NCBI GenBank assembly: GCA_020184695.1
Contig: JAANOX010000055.1
Coordinates: 197,082-261,081, forward strand
From: Histomonas meleagridis 2922-C6/04-290x
Lineage: Eukaryota; Protista; Parabasalia
Direction of reading: 5' to 3'
Length of the DNA: 64,000 nucleotides
Part shown: piece by piece, positions 10,124-19,051 of the stretch
Numbering within the stretch: position 1 is the stretch's first letter
Layout of the letters: every line of letters begins with the position of its first letter
The notes under the pieces: model-generated
Told to the model about the DNA's origin: nothing
What the model saw: the letters and a program-made list of their open reading frames with translations, nothing else
The model's database searches: none
Made by a program: the position numbers and the translations under genes

Positions 10124-12037
10124 TTAGTGATTATCAATTGACCATTGTTCAGCTGCTTCCATAAGCCTAGCAAGTGAATCCATATTTTCTTCTGGGAATA
10201 CATATGTTCCATCTTCTTCTTCTTTGGGTACCATAGCTCTAGCTCTTTCAATAGTCTCATCATTACCGAATTGTTCTTCGAATGCAACTCTAAAATCTCT
10301 TAATTTTCTTCTATCTTCTCTTCTATCTGCTAAAGTTTTTTCAGCTTCATCAAATAATTCTCTAGCTCTATCTAAATCATCAGCCACTTCTGCTTCTAAC
10401 ATAATCCAACCTTTCCATAATGACAATTTATTACTAGCCTCAAGACTTCTTTGATATAATTGTCTAACATTATCTAAACTTCCTACATTTGATTCGAATT
10501 CTATATAATAAGACCAAAGCATTTCGACAGCATCAACAGCTCTACTTTCGATAGCGTCTTCGAATATTTTTCTAGCTTCTTCTACATTATGATTATTATT
10601 TTCGAACGAAGCGTATTTTACCCAAGCTCTAATATCTGATGGTATAGTTGCAATATATTGCTTAAAAAGTTTTCGAACATTTTCCTTTTCTCCCATCATA
10701 ATTTCGATTTCGATATAAGCATCAAAGATAGCAGGCCTTGGACAAGTACCAATCGCATGACCCAAAGCAAGACGAGCAGTTTGTATATTCTTTTGTCGAA
10801 TTTCGAAATAAGCGTAAAGAATCCACAATCTCGAGAATGTAAATTTCTTATGTGGTACCAAAGAGATAATATTATGATATACATTTCTAGCGTTTTCCGG
10901 ATTTTTCGCAATTTTCTCTTCGAAAATTGCAAAGTTAATACATAGAAGTACGTATTTGCTCCATTGTTGTTTCTCCTTTTTAAGTGGCGGAGGGTGTGAA
11001 ACTGCTGTCTGATAATTCTCACGTGTAGTTTCAATGTCGGCTAAGTCTTGAAGTAATTGACACAGTTCAAACCATGCATCGTAGTCGAGTGGATTCGCCT
11101 TAAGTAATTCCTGATAATGCGCGCGTTTCTTTTCAATTACGGCGTCTTCGATTTGGTGCTGCCCGCCAAACCGTTTCTCAAATAGCAGATATGCCGGATA
11201 TAACTCTCGTGCACTTGCTTCAGGAAGTTTGCTAAGCGCATATTTATACAATGCTCGCGCTCGTTCAATTTCGCCTTGGCCTTCTTCGAACTCCGCAAAT
11301 TTAATTATTAACTGTTCATTGAGATTATCTTCGCCCATCGACTCTAAGCCTCGCTCAAAGACTCGGCGCGCTCTACTGAATTGTCGAAGTTTGATTTCGA
11401 AGTCGGCATATCGAAGATAACTATCAGAAAAAGGATGTGCAATTAACATACGCTCAAAGACAGCACGAGCATTACGATACTCTTTGACACGTACTTCGAA
11501 TTGAATAAATGATAAATACGCTTGGGATGGTGGCTCCCATGCAATCCACCGTCGGAATATATTTCGGGCGCCTTCAATATTTCCGAGTTCTTCTTCAAGT
11601 CGTGCATACTCTAGCCAAAATTGGTCATGGCGTGGAAGAATAGTAACGACTCTTTCTAACAAATTTCGAGCATAATTGATTTGCTTATGTCGAAGTTCCA
11701 TATTAATGTAACACTTCCATATGTTTGGCTCTTTGAAGTTAGTGAACTCGATTCCTCGCTCGTAAACGCTTCGAGCTTTATCGAGTTCATTCAAATCTTC
11801 TTCCCATCGCGCATAGCGAATATATGTATGATAAGAACAAAGGTTACGTCGGACATTGAGTTCCCAATTTTGACGCCTTTTAAACCTTTGATCTTCGATT
11901 TCGGCTTGAGTCTGATTCGGAATCTCTGGTAGACGTGGCCTGTCTTTCATACGCGACACGGACTCGATAAGGAGCTGGTCCGCAGTAATCTGAATTTGTG
12001 CTGCTGACTTATTGTGGATCCTGATTGGCTCAAGCAT
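10124..12037 (-). CDS. CRNKL1: Crooked-neck / Clf1 / Syf3 HAT-repeat splicing factor
   Basis: IHNKSAAQIQITADQLL N-terminus, YARWEE, ARSVYER, NPLDYDAWF, HKKFTFSRLWILYAYFEIRQ. ATG at 12037; the ORF track starts at TTG 12040. Confidence 0.93.
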   Translation of the reverse strand: MLEPIRIHNKSAAQIQITADQLLIESVSRMKDRPRLPEIPNQTQAEIEDQRFKRRQNWELNVRRNLCSYHTYIRYARWEEDLNELDKARSVYERGIEFTNFKEPNIWKCYINMELRHKQINYARNLLERVVTILPRHDQFWLEYARLEEELGNIEGARNIFRRWIAWEPPSQAYLSFIQFEVRVKEYRNARAVFERMLIAHPFSDSYLRYADFEIKLRQFSRARRVFERGLESMGEDNLNEQLIIKFAEFEEGQGEIERARALYKYALSKLPEASARELYPAYLLFEKRFGGQHQIEDAVIEKKRAHYQELLKANPLDYDAWFELCQLLQDLADIETTRENYQTAVSHPPPLKKEKQQWSKYVLLCINFAIFEEKIAKNPENARNVYHNIISLVPHKKFTFSRLWILYAYFEIRQKNIQTARLALGHAIGTCPRPAIFDAYIEIEIMMGEKENVRKLFKQYIATIPSDIRAWVKYASFENNNHNVEEARKIFEDAIESRAVDAVEMLWSYYIEFESNVGSLDNVRQLYQRSLEASNKLSLWKGWIMLEAEVADDLDRARELFDEAEKTLADRREDRRKLRDFRVAFEEQFGNDETIERARAMVPKEEEDGTYVFPEENMDSLARLMEAAEQWSIDNH

Positions 12038-12811
12038 CAAAGTTTGGTTGTATCGTTGTCAAAACTGAAGTTCATTTCACATGTCTGTGTACGATAGAAC
12101 TTTTGGTAAAACTTTAACTTGATTTTCTTCTTTAACAGGCAGAACTAAAATCTTTTTGAGTCAAAGTATTCACTACTATCTAAATATGAATAACGAACAT
12201 TTGTCTTCTTATTTCAATGTTATAAGTTCCAAAGTGTATAATTTAACAGTACGAACCAAACAAATCGCCGTGACTAATTTTTTCATCACCTCTAATACCG
12301 GATAAAATGATATTTACTAAAAATCAATTTTAACGATTCTTTTCTGTTCATTAACTGTAATTTGAAAGATAAAATAAAAGACTTATAAATACCCACAATT
12401 TTGATTTTTTATTTTATTAATAATGAATTTTTATTTTGCAGATAAAACAGTTTTATATGAAAGCTAGTAAAAATCCTATGCTGAACGAATAAAGGTTACA
12501 TATGTAACTGATGCTCATACAGGACAAAGTATCCCTGAATTACTACAACTTATTCCTGAAAAAACGTAATCAATAACATCTCATGAATAATCCAAGGTGT
12601 AAAAAGAAAAATGGGACATTCTTTGGGATTCCATGTTGTTTGTTATAAGCGCCTTATGTTTTTATCATTTTTTTTTTTTTGGGAGAATACAATTAAATTG
12701 ATCATCGATTCTATTTTACATTATATATTTAACTCTTCATTTTTATATGCATTCATCGAATTAGAAAATAAACATTTTTCAAAACAATTTTTTTTTAATT
12801 TAATGTGCTTT

Positions 12812-15800
12812 TTACAGAAAATCAAAGTGTTTAATAATCAGATTAACTATTTCTGTGTAACCATTTATAGATGCATAAGTCAGTGCTGTATTAAATAATG
12901 AGAATAATTACCAAATATTATACTAAAATATCAAATTAAAAATACAAATATTAAATAAAACAAATAAATGTTTTGGTCATTAATATCAATTTCTTTCTGT
13001 TCGAGAAGTAATTTGACTATTTCTAGGTTTCCATTTTGAGATGCGTTTATAAGTGCTGTATCAAATAATATGAAGAATTTCCAAATATTATTTTTAAACA
13101 TTAAAATAATAAAACCAATATTATATTAAAAAAATGAATATTTTTATTATTAATATCAATTCCTTTTTGTTCGAGAAGCAATTTAACTATTTCGGTTTGA
13201 TCATTTTCAGATGCAACCATAAGTGCTGTATCAAATAATATAAATAATTACCAAAAATTGTGAAAAAATATAAAATTTTTAAAATAAATATTAAATAAAA
13301 CAAACAAATAGTTTTTGCATTAATATCAATATTTTCTTGTTCAAGAAATAGTTTAACTATTTCTAATTGACCTATTAAAGAAGCACTTATAAGTGCTGTT
13401 TCAAATAATTTGAAAAATTTCCAAATATTATTTTGAAATAAAAAATTATTAATATGAATATAAATTAAAGTAAATAAATATTTTTGACATTAATATCAAA
13501 ATCTTCTTGTTCAAGAAATAGTTTAACTATTTCTATATTACCTTTTAAAGATGCCATTATAAGTGCTGTATTGAACAAATCAAATAATTTCCAAATATTA
13601 TTTTGAAACATTAAATGATTAAAATGGATATTAAATAAAACAAAAAAATATCTTTAACATTAATATCAATTCCTTTATGTTCAAGAAGTAATTTGACAAT
13701 TTTTGTATAACCATTTCTTGATGCATAAGTAAGTGCTGTATTAAATAAATTAAATTATTTCCAAATATTATTTTGAAATATCAAATTATTAAATTAAATT
13801 CTAAATAAAACAAATATATATCTTTAGCATTAATATCAATTCCTTTTTGCTAAAGAAGTAATTCAACTATTTCTATATGTTCATTTAGAGATGCCCAAAT
13901 TAATGCTGTTTTAAATGATTTGCATAATTTCCAAATATTATTTTGAAATATCAAATCATAAAAACAAATATTAAATAAAACAAATAAATATCTTTGTCAT
14001 TAACATCAATTCCTTCTTGTTCAAGAAGTAATTTAACTATTTCTATATAACCTTTTAAACATGCATAAATAAGTGTTGTATGAAATAATTTAAATAATTT
14101 CCAAATTTTATTTTGAAATTTCATGATATAAAATCTAATATCAAATAAAACAAATAAATATTTTTAGCATTAACATCAATTCCCTCTTGTTCAAGAAGTA
14201 ATTGAACTGTCTTTTTATGACCATAATAAGATGCCATTATAAGTGCTGTATTAAATAAATTAAATAATCCCCCAAATATTATTTTGAAACATTAAATGAT
14301 TAAAATGGATATTAAATAAAACAAAAAAATATCTTTAACATTAATATCAATTCCTTTATGTTCAAGAAGTAATTTGACAATTTTTGTATAACCATTTCTT
14401 GATGCATAAGTAAGTGCTGTATTAAATAAATTAAATTATTTCCAAATATTATTTTGAAATATCAAATTATTAAATTAAATTCTAAATAAAACAAATATAT
14501 ATCTTTAGCATTAATATCAATTCCTTTTTGCTAAAGAAGTAATTTAGCGATTTCTATTTTACTGAATCTTAATGCAAACATAAGTGCTGTTTCAAATAAT
14601 TTAAACAATTCCCAAATATTACCTCAAAATATTAAATTATTATAAAAAATATTATATAAAATATATGAATATCTTTTACATTTATATCAATTCCTTTATG
14701 TTCAAGAAGCACTTGAACTAATTCTATATTATCTCTTAAAGATGCATGCATAAGTGCTGTTTCAAATATTTACATTATTTTCCAAATATTATTTTGAAAT
14801 ATCAAATTATTAAAACAAATATCAAACAAAGCGATTAAATATCTTTATCATTAACATCAATTCCTTTTTGTTTAAGAAGTAATTTAACTATTTTTATATG
14901 ACCTTTTAATGATGTAATCATAAGTGCTGTATGAATCAATTTAAATAATTTCCAAATATTATTTTGAAATAGAAATTAAAACATTTAAATATCTTTAATA
15001 TTAATATTGATTCCTTGTTTTAGAAGAAATTTAATCAATTGTTTATGATTATGTGTTGATGCCCATATAAATGTTTTATTAAAAAACTCAATGAAATATT
15101 AATATAATTTTTATTTACTTTGTTAATTCCTTTTTGTTTAAAGACCCATTTTACTACTATAGGATTTCCATTTTCAAGAAGATTTGAAAAAAGATTATTG
15201 TTAATATCTTTTCCTTCATAAAATCTATGTATAAATGGAAGATTATTTAAACTTATTGATTCAAATTGAAGTGAATTTAAAAAATTTGATTTTGATAAAC
15301 ATTTTTTCTCCGAAAATGATAAAACTTCATAATTACCATATTTTAAACATTGTATACCTAAAAAATTAAAATCAATTTTGTGAATTTTTTTATCATACAA
15401 ATAATGAAAGATATCATTTCGATGGAATTCAATTGCTGTTTTGAGTATTGAGTAAAATGTTGAATTGTTTTGTTCACATAAATGAATAATTTCTATATTT
15501 CCTCCAACAATTCCATATTTTAATGTGTTTTGAACTTTTGATCCATTAATAAGCAAAAATTTAAAACATTTGACCGACCCAAAAAATGCGCAAAAATCAA
15601 GTAATGATACATTTTCATTTTGATTCGTGATAAATGTGTATTTTTCATAAGATGATTTATCAATTATTTGATTAAAATTAAAACTATTTTGTGTTGATAT
15701 TTCTTGTAATTCTTCTAAATCATCTTTTCGAAGAATTTCGATTATATGATCTTGTTTTTCTTCGTTTGGTTTATTTATAATGTTTTTAATATAATATGAA

Positions 15801-16162
15801 AGTTTTTTAGGTATCATTTCATGTTTGTTCATTTCTATAAGAAAATGTTTGGATTCATATGTATTCATTTGATAAAGATACATTGTTAATACTTCAAGTA
15901 ATTTCGGAAAATTTAAATTTTTTATATTTGTTAATAAATTTAAAAATGATACATATAAGCTTACATTTTTATTTTGTGTAAAATAAGACATATAAATAAA
16001 CTGTACAATATAAAATTCATAAAGCAAAGGACAACTTGGTTGTATTTCGAGTAACTTTGAAACTTCTTGAGATATTAGTTTGAGGTTGTTCTCATTTAAT
16101 TCGATAATCAACTTCTCGACTTTAATGACTTCGTCTGGAACAAGTTGGCGGTGCGTTTCCAT
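12812..16162 (-). CDS. DUF3447-type ankyrin-repeat protein whose 14 C-terminal repeats are split by 17-nt inserts (possibly pseudogenised)
   Basis: N-terminal domain is the ORF from ATG 16162. After removing the inserts, the frame continues through TFIWAS... and 13 TAL/TTL...KD-type cores to EIVNLIIKHFDFL-TAA (12812-12814). In-frame TAG at 14531-14533 and 13850-13852, and one extra G near 14270. Confidence 0.75.
12882..14990 (-). repeat. 170-bp tandem array: 90-nt ankyrin core plus 80-nt modular spacer
   Basis: AGTGCTGT-like anchor at 12882, 13052, 13222, 13392, 13562, 13732, 13902, 14072, 14242, 14413, 14583, 14753 and 14923. Period is 170 in 11 of 12 intervals and 171 once. Confidence 0.97.
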
Positions 16163-16278
16163 GAAAATAAGCACTTTTGAAACAGGTGATTATTTTGAAT
16201 TCAAAATTGAATGCAAATTATCGGATAAAAAATAAATAAAAACAAGAATACCTTTATTTAAAAAGGTGAAAGCTTGTT

Positions 16279-16575
16279 TCAAGCTTTTCGTATGCTATTG
16301 CAGATCTCTTCTAATTTGATGGGAAAAATATGCATCAGATCCTGATAAAAGGAACCTTCAATTTTTCCTTCTGAATCAATTTGGAATTTTTCTATTGCAA
16401 GGGCAGCCTCCTTAGGTTCTTGCACTTTGATGCTACACCTTAAGTGATAATTACCAAATTGATCAGCTACAAAATAGTCTTCAATTCGACTCATCACCAT
16501 CAAAGGAACATGAGCCTCAAAGATGAGCGATGAGATTGAAAGCGTAAGAATCAGGAAAGCCAAAAGTTTCCACAA
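16279..16575 (-). CDS. Small hypothetical protein, start uncertain
   Basis: 98-aa ORF with TTG start; the nearby ATG (about 16595) is out of frame. No recognised motif. Confidence 0.3.
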   Translation of the reverse strand: MWKLLAFLILTLSISSLIFEAHVPLMVMSRIEDYFVADQFGNYHLRCSIKVQEPKEAALAIEKFQIDSEGKIEGSFYQDLMHIFPIKLEEICNSIRKA

Positions 16576-16637
16576 AACGCCTTTGGACGATCCATGATTT
16601 AAAACAATGCATATTGAAATGAAAGCGTTTTAAAACG

Positions 16638-18659
16638 TTAATCATCATCGTCAAACCCAAAGAGATAATTTTCAGGTATGAAATCATAACAAATGACTGC
16701 AATTATGTCTTTAATTGCATTTTTGAATTCTTCTTTTTGTTGGGATTGAAGTGTTTCATTCACCCGTTTCATGAATTTGTGGAAATATGCACCGATTTGA
16801 TATTCATTTTGTGTATCGAATATTCTCATCCAAACTGGGAATGGAATTGGTTGAATCAATTCGTTATAATGAAATATTTGCATAAGTAATTTCCAGTTAT
16901 ATTTCATGATAACTTTCGGTATGTAATTTCGTATTTTGATACTTCCAATTAATATATAAATAATATCTAAACCATATTTCTTCAAAATTTCACCATTCGT
17001 TTGATTTATAAATCTTTCAATAGCTTTAATGATATTAATGTTTTCGAATGCATCATAATTATGAAGAAATGAAACACATTTATCCATTAAGAAATCAATG
17101 TATCCCAATGAAATATTAAAATGTGATGAAAGTAAAATTGCTTCACTACTTAATATTGGAATATTCATTCTTAATGCCGGAACAATTAAATATTTAAATA
17201 TTTGATCCCAATATTGTTCGCATTGTGGAAAATTATCACGTAATTGACTTAAGAAAGTGAAATAACATGGTAATATTTGTTGCCTTTGAAAATATATTTG
17301 GAACATAAATTCAATTGGCTTATTATTTACAATAGAAATATCAAAGATAACCAAATGCAAAATGTATGCAATATTTTGTTCTGAAGCATTTGGCTCAAAA
17401 ACATAATTTATTGCATTGTCAAAAATTTGTTGAATACCAATAATCAATGGGCAAAAAAGACTTATGAATCGAATTTCAGTTTCCTGTATATATATATATA
17501 TGTTTGAATATTCAAAAAGCCTTTGCCAATACATTATACATTGTCGAGCATCTTGAAGTAGGAAACCAAACTCATTCCAGAATTTATTATTGAAGGCATC
17601 ATATATTTGATATTTAAATGTATTTAAGAATGCAATGTCTTGTTCATGATACACTTTATTTTCGATTCGATTTAGAATGAATTTTGCTATTTTTGTCCAA
17701 AACATCCAAAATGTTTTAGTTAAAGGAATGTTTAATAGCATTTGAATTAATGTATTCATGGTGCTTCCATTATTTGATGGATGTAATGTTTGAATGTTTT
17801 CATTTATTATCATCTTGAAATATTTCATTGTAATTTTCGATAATAAATTATCTCGTTCAGGTAATAAAGAACAAGATTTCTGAGATAAAATATAAATTAA
17901 TCTATTGCCATAATTCACATAGAACTTTCTCTCTTTCCTTTTAATAAATACAATATAAACAAATTTAAGAATATCATTTGGTATCGCAAAGTTAAAAATA
18001 CTATCCCATAAAGCATCTAAAAAATTTTCAACAATAAATGAATTACACCACTTAAAGAAAGAAAGACTTCGGAAAAGAAGTGGAATTGTTATTTCAGGAA
18101 ACACTTTGATTTGATTAAGTATAATATCTTTACACATCAGGACATAATTTTTGAGTTGTTGCCTATAAATATGAGATATATTGGGTGAACTATCAATGAC
18201 TTTAACGAATGTGCAAAATACTGCAAATGAAACTTCTATAGGTAATAACGGTTGATTTATATCATGAGGGAAGATAATTTGGGTGAAATCATGCCATTGA
18301 GGCCAATCATAAATTGCAATATGCGATATACAATTACACATATGTGGAAACGTTGGTGTTTTATATTGACTTGTTATTGTATTTATTAAAAAAGATTTGA
18401 TTCCTTCTTTTACATCTGGTGTCATTTTTGGCCATAAACATGATAGGTTTTGGTCAAGGTATTTTGCAACAGCTTCCATAGGAACGTTAGTTTTTAAATG
18501 ACAAATAGATTGTTCAAGTACAAAAAAACTTTTGAGTGCTTCATATGCTTGTAAATTCTCCTCACTTTGTTGGACCAAAGCATCAGACATTACAGCGATT
18601 TCAGGTATGGTTGACAACATGACATCCAAAACTTTTGATTTGAGGAAAACGTTTTCCAA
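16638..18659 (-). CDS. Divergent exportin-1/CRM1-like importin-beta-family HEAT protein
   Basis: LWPKMTPDVKEGIKSFLINTI...ISHIAIYDWPQWHDF resembles the IBN_N/Xpo1 region. Start uncertain: TTG 18659, first ATG 18620, or an upstream ATG near 18684 if a T-run lacks one base. Confidence 0.6.
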   Translation of the reverse strand: MENVFLKSKVLDVMLSTIPEIAVMSDALVQQSEENLQAYEALKSFFVLEQSICHLKTNVPMEAVAKYLDQNLSCLWPKMTPDVKEGIKSFLINTITSQYKTPTFPHMCNCISHIAIYDWPQWHDFTQIIFPHDINQPLLPIEVSFAVFCTFVKVIDSSPNISHIYRQQLKNYVLMCKDIILNQIKVFPEITIPLLFRSLSFFKWCNSFIVENFLDALWDSIFNFAIPNDILKFVYIVFIKRKERKFYVNYGNRLIYILSQKSCSLLPERDNLLSKITMKYFKMIINENIQTLHPSNNGSTMNTLIQMLLNIPLTKTFWMFWTKIAKFILNRIENKVYHEQDIAFLNTFKYQIYDAFNNKFWNEFGFLLQDARQCIMYWQRLFEYSNIYIYIQETEIRFISLFCPLIIGIQQIFDNAINYVFEPNASEQNIAYILHLVIFDISIVNNKPIEFMFQIYFQRQQILPCYFTFLSQLRDNFPQCEQYWDQIFKYLIVPALRMNIPILSSEAILLSSHFNISLGYIDFLMDKCVSFLHNYDAFENINIIKAIERFINQTNGEILKKYGLDIIYILIGSIKIRNYIPKVIMKYNWKLLMQIFHYNELIQPIPFPVWMRIFDTQNEYQIGAYFHKFMKRVNETLQSQQKEEFKNAIKDIIAVICYDFIPENYLFGFDDDD

Positions 18660-19051
18660 AATTTCAGTATAGAAAAAAACGTCATCCAGTCAATTTTTTC
18701 TATTAAACCGTTGATTTTTTGCCTTTTCGAATACAATAGTTTATTCTTATTTCTGAGGTTATTCAACCCTATATATAGTTATTTTACAGGTAAAATTTTA
18801 CGTTTTAACGGTCGCTAAGCAGAAAAATTGAAACAACGCAAACCTACCAAACCCTGTTTATTTTCTATGGGACAAACACATTAATTCCATCAATTTTGGA
18901 ATAATAATCCATTCCATTAAAATTGAGATTTTATTTAACCAAATAACATAACATTTACCACATAAAATTTTCATTACATCTTTTAACGAATTTAATGCTA
19001 TTCGACAATTATTATCTTCTCAAAGTATTTTTTAAACAATTTGACATAAAT

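Noticed and set aside
12440-12660. Possible transposase scrap (CKKKNGTFFGIPCC, SWIM-like)
   Set aside because: Too short and broken to support a call.
13850-14533. TAG reassigned to a sense codon
   Set aside because: Thousands of codons in the long intact ORFs contain no in-frame TAG, and both TAGs derive from one duplicated segment.
12882-14990. CRISPR-like repeat/spacer array
   Set aside because: The unit is 170 bp, the conserved part encodes ankyrin helices, no cas genes are present, and the context is eukaryotic.
12890-14990. Spacers as single conventional GT-AG introns (GT at spacer position 9-10, ACAG at the TAL codons)
   Set aside because: GT is missing in four spacers, the AG is part of the Thr-Ala codons and absent in one unit, and the join would be out of frame.
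12890-14990. Matched-codon translational bypassing (T4 gene 60 type)
   Set aside because: Landing on the GAT/AAT triplets would next decode ATT and run into stops; it does not yield xxGx.
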